Source: Alphaproteobacteria bacterium (GTDB lineage Bacteria; Pseudomonadota; Alphaproteobacteria; SHWA01). From it: DNA of 64,000 nt. The first letter of the stretch is position 1; every line of letters starts with the position of its first letter. Below the pieces are notes generated by a model. That model was not told the origin of the DNA, made no database searches, and was given only the letters and a program-made list of their open reading frames with translations. The stretch lies in assembly GCA_009693995.1 (NCBI GenBank), contig SHWA01000001.1:6377-70376 (forward strand), given 5' to 3'. This document shows positions 1 through 10,013 of this stretch, piece by piece. Made by a program: the position numbers and the translations under genes.

Positions 1-15
1 TGGAGGCCCTGTACC

Positions 16-792
16 TCAAGCATGGGCGCCGGCCGCGGCGGCGCCGAACATGCTGCCGGCGCCGAGATAGATTTCCTGGACCATGGGGTTGTCGCGCACC
101 GCCGCCGGCGTTCCCTCGGCAATCAACTCGCCCCGGTTGAGCACGATGATACGGTCGGCATTGGCGAACACCACGTCCATGTCGTGCTCGGTGAACAGCA
201 CACTGATGCCGCGGTCGTGCACGATCCCGGCGGTCAGCGCCATGAGCGCGATGCGCTCCTTCGGCGCCATGCCGGCGGTGGGCTCGTCCATCAGCAGCAT
301 GCGCGGCCCGTGGGCGAGGGCGACCGCCAGCTCGACCCGCTTGAGGTCGCCATAGGCAAGGACGCTGCAGCGCCGCTCCGCCTGGTCGCGCATGCCGACG
401 GCGTCCAGGAGCGCCAGCGCCTCCTCGCGGTGGAGCCGGGTCGCCAACGTCCAGGGCGCGCGAGTGCGCCGGTGATGCGAGATCAAGGCCATCTGCACAT
501 TCTCGGCGACCGTCATCGAGCCGAAGGTCGCGGTGATCTGGAACGTGCGCCCGACGCCGAGCCGCCAGATGCGCCGGGGGGGAAGGCCGATCAGCTCGTG
601 CCCGGCGAAGGTGACCGAGCCGAGGTCGGGGCGGAGCTGACCGTTGATGCAGTTGAAGCAGGTCGATTTGCCGGCGCCGTTGGGTCCGATCATGGCCAGG
701 ATCTCCCCCGCCGCCAGGGTGAAGTTCACGTCGCGGAGCGCCTGCACGCCGCCGAACGACTTGGCGAGCCCGGAGACGGTCAGCACGCTCAT
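16..792 (-). CDS. ABC transporter ATP-binding protein (branched-chain amino acid LivG/LivF family)
   Basis: 258 aa; Walker A GPNGAGKST, ABC signature/Walker B ...LLMDEPTAGM; ATG at 790-792 overlaps upstream permease stop (ATGA); C-terminal part of the 717-aa run-through track ORF. Confidence 0.85.
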   Translation of the reverse strand: MSVLTVSGLAKSFGGVQALRDVNFTLAAGEILAMIGPNGAGKSTCFNCINGQLRPDLGSVTFAGHELIGLPPRRIWRLGVGRTFQITATFGSMTVAENVQMALISHHRRTRAPWTLATRLHREEALALLDAVGMRDQAERRCSVLAYGDLKRVELAVALAHGPRMLLMDEPTAGMAPKERIALMALTAGIVHDRGISVLFTEHDMDVVFANADRIIVLNRGELIAEGTPAAVRDNPMVQEIYLGAGSMFGAAAAGAHA

Positions 793-2645
793 CGCTCGCC
801 CCCGCCGCCCAGCCCGAGCCGGCCGATGAGCGCCCGGCCCGAGCCGACGATCCCCTTCGGCATCAGGACGCAGATCAGGATGATGATCAGCCCGAACGCC
901 GAGCGCCAATAGTCGAAGGCACTCAGCCGGTCCTCGAGGATCACGAACGTGAGGGCACCCAGGATCGGCCCGACCAGCGTCTGCACGCCGCCGATCAACA
1001 CCATCATCAACGCATCGATCGAGCGCGGGATGTCGACCCAAGTGGGCCCGACGAAGCCCTTGGCAAGCGCCAGCAGGCTGCCGGCGACCCCGGCCGCCGC
1101 CCCAGAGATGATGAAGGCGAGCCAGCGATGGAAGCGGATGTCGATGCCGATCGACTCGGCCCGCATGGGCGAATCCCGCCCCGCACGCAGGGTATAGCCG
1201 AACGGCGCGAACAACAGCCGCCACAAGGTAAAGATGCCGACCGCCGCCAGCGTCAGGGTCAGGTAGTAGAAGACGACGCGGTCCTTCGCCCAGGGCGACG
1301 GCCAGACCCGGTTGACGCCGTCCTCGCCGCCGGTCACGTCGCTCCACTGGAACACGACCGACCACACGATCTGGGCGAAGGCGAGGCTCAGCATCGCCAT
1401 GTAGACGCCCGAGAGGCGTACGCAGAAATAGCCGAACAGCGCCGCCCCCGCCGCCGCGACCACGGGCGCCAGCAGCAGCGTCGCCTCCATGGGCAGGCCG
1501 GCACGGACCAGGAGCATGGCGCAGCCATAGCCGCCGAGGCCGAAATAGGCGGCGTGCCCGAAGCTCACCATGCCGCCGCCGCCCATGATGAAGTGCAGGC
1601 TGGCGGCAAACAGGGCGAAGATGAACACCTGCGTCCACAGCACCAGATAGAACTCGCTCAGCAGCATCGGAATCGCCAGCAGCAGAGCGACGACCGCGAC
1701 GTAGCCGGCCCACCCCAGCGCGCTCGGCAGCCGCGTCAGGGTCTCGTCGCTCTGCACCGGCTCGCCCACGTCCGGCACCGGCTTGCCGAGGATGCCGAAG
1801 GGGCGCGCCACCAGCACCACCACCATCACCAGGAACATCAGCACCAGCGTGATCTTGGGGAAGATCAGGATGCCGAAGGCGCTGAGTTCGCTGATGATCA
1901 CCGCCGCCAGAAACGCACCCGGGATGCTGCCCATGCCGCCGAGGACGACGACGACGAACACGGTGGCGATGATGGAGAGGTCCATCTGGTGGCTGACGCT
2001 GGCGCGCGGCAGCTGCAGCGCGCCGCCGAGTCCGGCCAGAACGGAGCCGAGGAAGAAGACCGCGGTGAAGAGGAGCTTCTGGTTGATGCCGAGGGCGCTC
2101 AGCATCTCGCGGTCCTGGGTCGCGGCGCGCACGACGGCGCCCCAGCGCGTGCGGTTGAACAGCAGCCACAACAGGCCGAGCACGACGAAGCCGAGGGCGA
2201 TCACCACCAGGTCGTATTCAGGCACGCGGGAGCCGAACAGCTCGATCGCCTTGTTCAGGCCGGGCGCGCGCGGGCCCAGCCGATCCTCCGGCCCCCAGAA
2301 GAGGAGTGCGGCGTCCTTCGCCACCATCACCACGCCGAAGGTGGCGACAAGTTGGAACAGTTCCGGCGCCTGGTAGATGCGGCGCAGGATGGTCACCTCC
2401 ATCACCACGCCGATGACGCCGACGGCGAGGGCGGCGAGCACCACTCCGACCCAGAACCCAGTCGGCCCAAGGGGGAGCGTCTTCACCAGCGAATAGGCGA
2501 TGAACGCTCCCAGCATGTAGAACGAGCCGTGGGCGAAGTTCACCACCCGGGTCACGCCGAAGATAATGGTGAGGCCGGACGCCACCAGGAAGAGCGACGC
2601 GGCGCTCGCCAGGCCGGTCAGGAACTGGACGACGTAGAAACCCAT
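789..2645 (-). CDS. Branched-chain amino acid ABC transporter permease, fused LivH+LivM-like domains
   Basis: 618 aa, highly hydrophobic multi-TM protein with two permease-like halves; directly upstream of and overlapping the ATPase. Confidence 0.8.
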   Translation of the reverse strand: MGFYVVQFLTGLASAASLFLVASGLTIIFGVTRVVNFAHGSFYMLGAFIAYSLVKTLPLGPTGFWVGVVLAALAVGVIGVVMEVTILRRIYQAPELFQLVATFGVVMVAKDAALLFWGPEDRLGPRAPGLNKAIELFGSRVPEYDLVVIALGFVVLGLLWLLFNRTRWGAVVRAATQDREMLSALGINQKLLFTAVFFLGSVLAGLGGALQLPRASVSHQMDLSIIATVFVVVVLGGMGSIPGAFLAAVIISELSAFGILIFPKITLVLMFLVMVVVLVARPFGILGKPVPDVGEPVQSDETLTRLPSALGWAGYVAVVALLLAIPMLLSEFYLVLWTQVFIFALFAASLHFIMGGGGMVSFGHAAYFGLGGYGCAMLLVRAGLPMEATLLLAPVVAAAGAALFGYFCVRLSGVYMAMLSLAFAQIVWSVVFQWSDVTGGEDGVNRVWPSPWAKDRVVFYYLTLTLAAVGIFTLWRLLFAPFGYTLRAGRDSPMRAESIGIDIRFHRWLAFIISGAAAGVAGSLLALAKGFVGPTWVDIPRSIDALMMVLIGGVQTLVGPILGALTFVILEDRLSAFDYWRSAFGLIIILICVLMPKGIVGSGRALIGRLGLGGGGER

Positions 2646-2720
2646 GAGCCGCTCATCCGCGCCCGGCGCAGTCGGCGGCGCGGCCCGCCGGGGACCGCGC
2701 CGCCACGCGAGTAGTTGCGA

Positions 2721-3932
2721 TTATTCCTTGCCGCGGAGCTTCTTGATCTCCTCGTCAGGGATGGAGTACTGCGGGCCCTGGGTGTAACGCCAATCGACCA
2801 TGATCGGCTTGCCGTCCTTGACGGCGGTCTTACCGACCCAGGCGCCGAGCGTCGACTGATGGTCGATGTCGCGGAACGTGACCGGACCGGCCACCGAGTC
2901 GAACGTCAGCCCCTTCATCGCAACGATCAGCTTGTCCTGGTCCACGCTGCCGGCCTTCTGGATCATGGCCGCGATCGCCTGGATCGAGACGTAGCCGATC
3001 AGGCTGCCCATCTTGGGCGTCTCCTTGTACTTGGCCTGGTAGTCGTCGATGAACTTCTTGTGCTTCGGATCGGTGATCGCGTACCAGGGATAGCCGGTCA
3101 CGATCCAGCCCTGGGGCGCCTCGGCGCCGAGCGGCTCGAGGTACTCGGGCTCGCCGGTCAGCAATCCGGCCACCACCAGGTCCTTGGTCAGAAGGCCACG
3201 CAGATCCGCCTCGCGCACGAAGGCGGTGAGGTCGCGGCTGAAGAGCGCGTTGAAGATGCCGTCCGGCTTCGCCTGGGCCAAAGCCTGCACGGTCGCGCCG
3301 GCGTCGATCTTGCCGAGCGCCGGCCACTGCTCGACCACGAACTCGACGTCGGGCCGCTTTTCCTTCAGCACGCGCTTGAAAGCGGCGACCGCGTCTTGGC
3401 CGAACTTGTAGTTCGGCGAGACGATGGCCCACCGCTTGGCCTTGGTCTTCGCCGCCTCCTCGGCCAGCATGGCCGACTGGATGTGGGTCGAGGCCCGCAG
3501 GCGGAAGGTATAGTTATGACCCTGCGCCCAGGTGATGTCGTCGCTCATCGGCTCGGTGGCGATGAACAGCTTCTTCTTCTCCTTGGAGAAGTTGGTCACC
3601 GCCACGCCGATGTGTGAGAAGTAGGTACCGGCGAGGATGTCGACCTTGTCCTTGGTGACCAGTTCCTCGGCGATCGAGACCGCGTTCTCGGGCTTGCCGG
3701 CGTCGTCGCGGGCGATCACCTCGAGCGGGCGCCCGATCACCCCGCCCTTGGCGTTGATCTCGTTCACCGCCATCTGCCAGCCCTTGCGGTAAGGCTGGGT
3801 AAAGTCGGCGAGCGCCGTGTAGCTGTTGATCTCGCCGATCTTGATCGGGTCCGCGGCCAGGGCGGCCCCGGCCGCTCCGATCATGATCGCGCTGGCCGCG
3901 ACCATACCGACTAGTCTTTTCGATTGGCTCAT
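2721..3932 (-). CDS. ABC transporter substrate-binding protein (Leu/Ile/Val-binding LivK/LivJ family)
   Basis: 403 aa from ATG 3930-3932 (MSQSKRLVGMVAASAIMIGAAGAALA = signal peptide) preceded by GGAGGA RBS; periplasmic-binding-protein type I sequence features. Confidence 0.85.
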   Translation of the reverse strand: MSQSKRLVGMVAASAIMIGAAGAALAADPIKIGEINSYTALADFTQPYRKGWQMAVNEINAKGGVIGRPLEVIARDDAGKPENAVSIAEELVTKDKVDILAGTYFSHIGVAVTNFSKEKKKLFIATEPMSDDITWAQGHNYTFRLRASTHIQSAMLAEEAAKTKAKRWAIVSPNYKFGQDAVAAFKRVLKEKRPDVEFVVEQWPALGKIDAGATVQALAQAKPDGIFNALFSRDLTAFVREADLRGLLTKDLVVAGLLTGEPEYLEPLGAEAPQGWIVTGYPWYAITDPKHKKFIDDYQAKYKETPKMGSLIGYVSIQAIAAMIQKAGSVDQDKLIVAMKGLTFDSVAGPVTFRDIDHQSTLGAWVGKTAVKDGKPIMVDWRYTQGPQYSIPDEEIKKLRGKE

Positions 3933-4074
3933 GTAGTCCTCCCGTCTCACCTTGACGCCCGCCTCGCGGGCGGGCCCCATCCCGCCATCCCCTCGCGGGG
4001 ATTGGCGGGCGCTCATGTGCGGGCGATCCGTCTTCGCGACCGCCCGCGTCTTTCCGTCTCTCGCATTCCTGCCT

Positions 4075-4542
4075 TCAACTCGGCCGTGCGACCACCGATT
4101 CCACGGCCTCGACGATCTTCTTGTATCCCGTGCAGCGGCAGATGTTGCCGCGCAGCGCATCCACGATCTCGGGCCGCGTCGCCCGCGGCTTCTCGGCGAG
4201 GAGCGCGGTCGCGGTCATCAGGAAGCCCGGCGTGCAATAGCCGCATTGTACCGCACCGAAGCGCAGGAACGATTCCTGCAAGGGCGTCAGATGTCCGTCC
4301 TGCTCCAGGCCTTCCACCGTGGTGATGCGCTCGCCGTCCGCCTGAACCGCGAGCAGGATGCAGGAGCTTGCCGTGCGCCCGTTCACCAGCACCGTGCAGA
4401 CGCCGCAGATCCCCATGCCGCAGTCCTTGTTGGTGCCGGTGAGGCCGAGGGTCTCGCGCAGCACCTCGATCAGGGTCGTGGTCGGCTCGACCCGTGCCCG
4501 GTGGGTCCGCCCGTTGACCTCGAGGGTGATCTCGATGCTCAT
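4075..4542 (-). CDS. (2Fe-2S)-binding small subunit of xanthine dehydrogenase/CO dehydrogenase-family molybdo-hydroxylase (CoxS-like)
   Basis: 155 aa; two [2Fe-2S] Cys motifs (CGMGICGVC ... CGYCTPG ... CRCTGY); GGAGG RBS; ATG 4540-4542. Confidence 0.9.
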   Translation of the reverse strand: MSIEITLEVNGRTHRARVEPTTTLIEVLRETLGLTGTNKDCGMGICGVCTVLVNGRTASSCILLAVQADGERITTVEGLEQDGHLTPLQESFLRFGAVQCGYCTPGFLMTATALLAEKPRATRPEIVDALRGNICRCTGYKKIVEAVESVVARPS

Positions 4543-5432
4543 CGCCTCGCCTCCACCCCGCGAGCGGCTCGGGCGCACGCCCGCGCCAGGGTCCGGCGCA
4601 GGATCACGGTCGCCACGTGCCGCTTGAAGTCCGCCGAGTAGAGATGGTCGGCGAGCGGCTCGATCTCATCCACCAGAACATCGCAGGCGCGGTCGATGAC
4701 TGCCGGCTCCGGCCGCATCCCCCGGAGCGCCGCCTCGGTCGCCCGCGCCCAGACCGGAATCGGCCCGACCCCGCCGAGGCCGAGGCCGATATCCTTGATG
4801 CACCCGGTCGCCGGCTCGACCACGGCGCGCACCCCGACCGCCACCGTCGAGGTGTAGTCCATCGCCCGCCGCGCGGCAAACTTGCCGTAGGCGGTGCCGG
4901 CGCCGGGCGCGAGCGGTGGGAACAGCACCTCCTGCAGCAGCTCGCCCTCTCGCAGCGCGGTGGTGTAGAGGTCCCGGAAGAACTCGGTCGCCGGGATGTC
5001 GCGCACGCCCAGAGGCCCGGCGGCGCGCATGGTGGCGCGGAGCGCGATCACCGCGACCGGCGGGTCGCCCTGGGGATCGGCCAGACTGAGATTGCCGCCA
5101 AAGGTGCCGCGGTTCTTGATCCGCCCACAGGCGATCTCGGCCGCCATCTCGGGCAACATGGGCTGGGCGGCGGCCACCGCCGGCGATTCCTCGACCTCGC
5201 GGTGGGTGGTGAGTGCGCCGATGCGGAGCGTACCGTCGGGGCCCCGCACGATGCCCTTCAGCGCCTCGATCCGGCTGATATCCACCAGCCAGGTCGGGGA
5301 GACCAGCTTCTCGTTCATCAGGATGCCGAGGGCGATGCCGCCGGCGATCACATGGGCGTCCCCCTTGGCCTCGGCCAGGGCGGCGACCGCCTCGTCCACG
5401 CGCCGCGCGCGGGTATAGCGGCACTCGCTCAT
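4539..5432 (-). CDS. FAD-binding medium subunit of molybdo-hydroxylase (CoxM/XdhB-like)
   Basis: 297 aa; FAD-binding PCMH-type sequence (AGG..L, TFGGNL); start overlaps large-subunit stop by 4 nt, stop overlaps small-subunit start. Confidence 0.85.
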   Translation of the reverse strand: MSECRYTRARRVDEAVAALAEAKGDAHVIAGGIALGILMNEKLVSPTWLVDISRIEALKGIVRGPDGTLRIGALTTHREVEESPAVAAAQPMLPEMAAEIACGRIKNRGTFGGNLSLADPQGDPPVAVIALRATMRAAGPLGVRDIPATEFFRDLYTTALREGELLQEVLFPPLAPGAGTAYGKFAARRAMDYTSTVAVGVRAVVEPATGCIKDIGLGLGGVGPIPVWARATEAALRGMRPEPAVIDRACDVLVDEIEPLADHLYSADFKRHVATVILRRTLARACARAARGVEARR

Positions 5433-7864
5433 CGGAGTCCCCGCCCCTCTGCGCCGGCCCGGGCCAGCAGCGGCCGACCATCGCGCCCGCGCACCAGGCG
5501 GAGGACGTATTCGGCGGCCATCGGCAGGCGCCGCGGCCAGACGCCGCAGGCGTCGGTGAGTGCGCCGGCGATCGCCGCCGGGACCGGGATCAGGCTCACC
5601 TCGGCGACGCCCTTGGCGCCATAGGGGCCGGTGCGATCCTTGCTGGCGACCCACAGGCACTCGATCTCGAGCGGCACGTCCTTGGCGCCCGGCAGCAGAT
5701 AGTCGCGGTAGTGCGGGTTGACGATGACGCCATCCTTGCGCACCACGTTCTCCCAGAGGGCCTGACCCATGCCCATAGCGACCCCGCCCTCGATCTGGCC
5801 CTCGGCGCCGATCGGGTTGACCACGGTGCCGGCATCGTGGGCGCACCAGCAGCGCACCACGTCGATCTGGCCCAGCTCCTCGTCCACCTCGATCTCGACC
5901 AGGTGCGTGGCGTAGGTGTAGGTCGGATAGGGATTGCCCTTGAAGGTCAGGATATTGACCGCGATGTCCGGATCGAACTTGCCGTAGCCGCAGATGCCCT
6001 CGATCTCGCCCGCGATACGGCGGCAGGCATCCTCGAAGCTGAGGCACTGGTTGCGCGCGGTGATGGTGTCGTTTTCGAGCCGTACCTGATCCTCGGGCAG
6101 CGCGAGGGCGCGGGCGAGGGCCGCCTCGAACTGCCGCTTGAAGTCCTGGCCGGCGATCAGGGCGGCGTTGCCCGAGAAATAGGTGGTGCGCGAGGCCGAG
6201 GTCGGCCCCGAGTCGTCGGTCTTGGTGGAATCGCCGCTGACCACGCGGATGCGATGCAGGCCGATGCCCGAGGACTGGGCCGCGATCTGGGCGAGCGACA
6301 TATCGGAGCCGGTGCCGATGTCGGGCGTTCCGCAATAGGCGGTGACGCTGCCGTCGGCGGCGGCGCGCACCCGCGCGGTCGAGGGATTGCGCGTGCCGCT
6401 GTAGCCGATGCCATAGCCGAGGCAGGCGATGCCGAGGCCGCGCTTGCGCCCCTCCCGCACCGGCTCTGCCTCGAGCACCCGGCGCCGCTCGGCGTAGATC
6501 GGTTCGATCGCATCCAGCGTCTTCAGGTAGCCGACGTCGAGCAGCGTCTGGCCGGTGCCGGTGCGGTCGCCGTCGGCATAGGCGTTGATGCGGCGCAGCG
6601 CGATCGGGTTCAGGCCAAGGCGGTCCGCCAGCTCGTTCATCATGCATTCGATGGCGAAGGCGAGCTTGACCACGCCGAAGCTGCGCATCGCCCCGCTCGG
6701 CGGGTAGTTGGTGAAGGTCACCACGTAATGGGTGCGCATGTTGGGAATGTTGTAGGGCATGCCGGTATGGATCACCGCACGCCCGCCGACGATTAGGCTG
6801 TAGGAGCGGTAGGCGCCGCCGTCCGCCAGGTACTCGGCGTCGAGCGCGGTGATGCGCCCGTCGCGCCGCGCCCCCAGCCGGTAGCGAATGGTCATGGCGT
6901 GGCGCTTGGTGGTGCCGACGAACACTTCCTCGCGGGTGTAGATCATGCGCACCGGCCGCCCGGTCTTGAGCGCCAGCAGCGCGATGGCGCACTCGACGGT
7001 GTTGTCCATCTTGCCGCCGAAGGCCCCGCCGACCACCGTTTGCACGACCCGAACCCGCTCGATCGGCAGGCCGGTGACCCGGGCGAGCTGGCGGTGGTGG
7101 TAGTGCGGATACTGGGTGCAGACCATCACGGTAAGCACACCGTCCGGATCGACGAAGGCTAGGCCGGCCGGCGGCTCCAGGAAGGCATGTTCGATCGGCT
7201 CGGTGCGGTAGGTGTTCTCGATCACCACGTCCGCCGCGCCGAAGCCGGCCTCCAGATCGCCCTTCTCATGGCGCAGGTCGCCGATCACGTTGCCCTTGGG
7301 GTCGATCTCGGCCGCGCCCGGCGCCAGAGCCGCCTCCGGCGTCAGCACCATGGGTAGTTCCTGGTAGGAGACGGCGACCAGGTGGCACGCCGCCTCGGCC
7401 TCGGCCTCGGTCAGGGCGGCGATGGCGACCACGGGCTCGCCGGCGTAGCGCACCTTGTCGGTGGCGAGGACCGGGGTATCGTCGGTCAAGGTGCCGACCA
7501 GGAGGCGCTCGGGCGCGATCTCGGCGCCGGTGAGCACGGCGACCACGCCGGAGGCCTTGGCCGCCGCGGCCGTGTCGATCGCCATGATGCGCGCATGGGC
7601 GTGGGGGCTGCGCACGAAGCGGCAGTGGAGCGCACCCTCCATCGGCACGTTGGCGACATAGCGGGCGCGGCCACGGACCTTGTAGAGCACGTCGGCGCGC
7701 GGCAGCCGCCGCCCGACCGTCGCCGCCGCCTCGCCCGGATGGCCGCCGTCGGCGATGCGTGCGGCTTCCAGGATGCGCCGGTACTCGCCCTGCCAGTGGG
7801 CCTGCTCGGCGAGCGAGCCGAGGGCGAACTTTTCGCCGTCCGGTTCCTTCCAGCTTGCCGTCAT
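5429..7864 (-). CDS. Molybdopterin-binding large subunit of xanthine dehydrogenase-family hydroxylase (CoxL/aldehyde oxidase-like)
   Basis: 811 aa; GGAFGGK molybdopterin-cytosine-dinucleotide binding motif; translationally coupled L-M-S order. Confidence 0.9.
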   Translation of the reverse strand: MTASWKEPDGEKFALGSLAEQAHWQGEYRRILEAARIADGGHPGEAAATVGRRLPRADVLYKVRGRARYVANVPMEGALHCRFVRSPHAHARIMAIDTAAAAKASGVVAVLTGAEIAPERLLVGTLTDDTPVLATDKVRYAGEPVVAIAALTEAEAEAACHLVAVSYQELPMVLTPEAALAPGAAEIDPKGNVIGDLRHEKGDLEAGFGAADVVIENTYRTEPIEHAFLEPPAGLAFVDPDGVLTVMVCTQYPHYHHRQLARVTGLPIERVRVVQTVVGGAFGGKMDNTVECAIALLALKTGRPVRMIYTREEVFVGTTKRHAMTIRYRLGARRDGRITALDAEYLADGGAYRSYSLIVGGRAVIHTGMPYNIPNMRTHYVVTFTNYPPSGAMRSFGVVKLAFAIECMMNELADRLGLNPIALRRINAYADGDRTGTGQTLLDVGYLKTLDAIEPIYAERRRVLEAEPVREGRKRGLGIACLGYGIGYSGTRNPSTARVRAAADGSVTAYCGTPDIGTGSDMSLAQIAAQSSGIGLHRIRVVSGDSTKTDDSGPTSASRTTYFSGNAALIAGQDFKRQFEAALARALALPEDQVRLENDTITARNQCLSFEDACRRIAGEIEGICGYGKFDPDIAVNILTFKGNPYPTYTYATHLVEIEVDEELGQIDVVRCWCAHDAGTVVNPIGAEGQIEGGVAMGMGQALWENVVRKDGVIVNPHYRDYLLPGAKDVPLEIECLWVASKDRTGPYGAKGVAEVSLIPVPAAIAGALTDACGVWPRRLPMAAEYVLRLVRGRDGRPLLARAGAEGRGLR

Positions 7865-7882
7865 CGCCCCGCTCCCACCGGT

Positions 7883-10006
7883 CTAAAGGATGATGCGCGC
7901 ATCGGCCACCACCGCGCCCCGGGTGCCAACGAACAGCGGATTGAGGTCGATCTCGCGAATCTGCGGGTGCTCCGTCACCAGTTGCGACAGACGCCGGAGT
8001 GCCTCCACCAAGCCCTCCACGTCGGCCGCCGCGCCGCCGCGCGCGCCCGCCAGCAGGCGCGCGATCCGCGTCTCGCCGATCATGGCGCGCGCCTCGTCCG
8101 CCACCAGCGGCGCGAGACGGAAGGCGTAGTCGTCGAGGATCTCGGTATAGATGCCGCCCGCGCCCATCACCACGCAGGGGCCGAAGCCGGGATCGCGCCG
8201 GGCACCCAGCATCACCTCGAAACCCTTGGGCGCCATCTCCTGCACCAGCACGCCGTCGATCCGGGCACCGGGCACGCGGCGCGCGACTTCCGCCCGCAAG
8301 TCACGATCGGCGGCACCCAACTGGCCGCTGTCGCACAGCCCGAGGCGAATGCCGCCCGCGTCCGACTTGTGCACGATATCGGCGGAGACGACCTTGAGGC
8401 AGAGCGGAAAACTGAGCTCCCGTGCCGCGCGCGCGAGGTCGTCCGGGTTGCGAGCCAGGCGCCAGGGGGCGACGGAGAACCCGTAAGCCGCGAGGATGTC
8501 GAGCGCCTCGGCGAAGAGATAAGTGGTCCCCTTTGCGGTTGCGGCGCCGAGCGCCTTGCGCACGCTGCCGGCGTCCGCCGGCAGCGGCGCCGACAGCGTG
8601 CGCATGGGAGCTGCGCGAAACTCGCCCCAGCCGGCGAGACTGGCGAGCGAGCGCGCCAAGCCATCGAGGGTCGGGAACACCATCACGGTGCCGTCCCGCT
8701 CCACCTCGCGGGTGAAGCCGGCCACATCCAGGCCGTAGGTCCACCCCAGGATCGGCTTGGCCGGGTACTTCTTCGCCATGGCGCGGAGGTGGGAGGAACA
8801 GTCATAGGCCGCGTACTTGGGCAGCTTGTAGGAACAATAGATGCAGATCACCGCATCGACGCCCGGGTCCTGAAGAAGAGCCTCCAGGATACGCGGATAG
8901 TTGGCGTGCATGTCGCGGGCGAGCGGGATCCAGCAGTCGACCGGGTTCTCGACCGCCAGCCAGTCGGGGAACAGCGGCTCGAGCGCCGCCCGGGTCGCGG
9001 GCGAAAGCGCGGCCAGGGAAAGCCCGGCGGAATCCAACACATCGATCGCCAGCACCGCGCCTCCGCCCGAGAAGGTCATGATCGCGACCCGCCGCCCGCG
9101 CGGCGGCGGATAGGTGACGAACGCCTTGGAGACCAAGCGCAGCTCCTCCGCCCCCGTGACCGCGACCACGCCGGCGCGGCGAAAGGCGGCCGTATAGACC
9201 TGGTTTTCGCCCGCGGCGGCGCCGGTGTGGGAGGCGACCGCCGCCTGCCCGGCCTGCGTGCGCCCGGCCTTCAGGACCACGATCGGCTTCTGCTTGCCGA
9301 TGCGCTCCGCCGCGGCCAGGAACTCTTGCCCCTGGTCGATGCGCTCGACATGGCATTGGATCACGCGCACCGCGGGCTCGGCGGCGAAGTGCTCGATCAC
9401 GTCCACCAGGCTCACGTCGCAGGCGTTCCCCAGGTCGATGGTGGTGCAGAAGCCGCCCGGCTCGTTGTTGATGAGATGGTGCCCCATCATGAACAGGCCC
9501 GACTGCGCTACCTGGCCGACCGGCGCGGTATCGGGATGAATCTCGATGAACGACGAGGTGAAGCGCGCGAGCGCGTTGGCGACACCGATGGTGTTCGGGC
9601 CGATGATGCGGATGCCGGCGCCCTGCGCGATCTCCAGCATCTCCGCCTGCAGCCGCGCGCCTTCCGCGTCGGAGTCGCCGAAGCCCTGGGTGATGACGAT
9701 GGCGGCCCGGATGCCCTTGGCGGCGCAGTCGCGCATAACGGCGGGCACCAGGTGCCGCGCGACCGACACCACGGCGAGGTCGGGCATCTCGGGCACGTCG
9801 GCGAGGTTCGGATAGACGTTCCGCTCCGGCACCCGCCCCATGCTCGGGTTGATGACGTAAACGCGCCCCCCATAGCCGAAGTCGCGGAGCGAGGTCAGCA
9901 CGCTCACCGCGTCGTCGAGGGCGCTCCGCGACAACCCGACGATGGCGACCGATTTGGGCGCCAGGAAGGGCGTCAGATCAGCGCGCTGGGTTTTCTGGTG
10001 CGCCAT
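7883..10006 (-). CDS. ADP-forming acyl-CoA synthetase (acetate--CoA ligase family, fused CoA-binding/ATP-grasp alpha-beta)
   Basis: 707 aa; N-terminal CoA-binding Rossmann (KSVAIVGLS), succinyl-CoA-synthetase-like ligase domain and C-terminal ATP-grasp. Confidence 0.8.
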   Translation of the reverse strand: MAHQKTQRADLTPFLAPKSVAIVGLSRSALDDAVSVLTSLRDFGYGGRVYVINPSMGRVPERNVYPNLADVPEMPDLAVVSVARHLVPAVMRDCAAKGIRAAIVITQGFGDSDAEGARLQAEMLEIAQGAGIRIIGPNTIGVANALARFTSSFIEIHPDTAPVGQVAQSGLFMMGHHLINNEPGGFCTTIDLGNACDVSLVDVIEHFAAEPAVRVIQCHVERIDQGQEFLAAAERIGKQKPIVVLKAGRTQAGQAAVASHTGAAAGENQVYTAAFRRAGVVAVTGAEELRLVSKAFVTYPPPRGRRVAIMTFSGGGAVLAIDVLDSAGLSLAALSPATRAALEPLFPDWLAVENPVDCWIPLARDMHANYPRILEALLQDPGVDAVICIYCSYKLPKYAAYDCSSHLRAMAKKYPAKPILGWTYGLDVAGFTREVERDGTVMVFPTLDGLARSLASLAGWGEFRAAPMRTLSAPLPADAGSVRKALGAATAKGTTYLFAEALDILAAYGFSVAPWRLARNPDDLARAARELSFPLCLKVVSADIVHKSDAGGIRLGLCDSGQLGAADRDLRAEVARRVPGARIDGVLVQEMAPKGFEVMLGARRDPGFGPCVVMGAGGIYTEILDDYAFRLAPLVADEARAMIGETRIARLLAGARGGAAADVEGLVEALRRLSQLVTEHPQIREIDLNPLFVGTRGAVVADARIIL

Positions 10007-10013
10007 CGCTTGC

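Noticed and set aside
16-2169. 717-aa track ORF spanning the ABC ATPase and permease region
   Set aside because: Only the last 258 aa (from ATG 790-792) form the ATP-binding protein. The upstream 460 aa are Arg/Gly/Pro-rich antisense of the real permease gene (789-2645), which is in a different frame.
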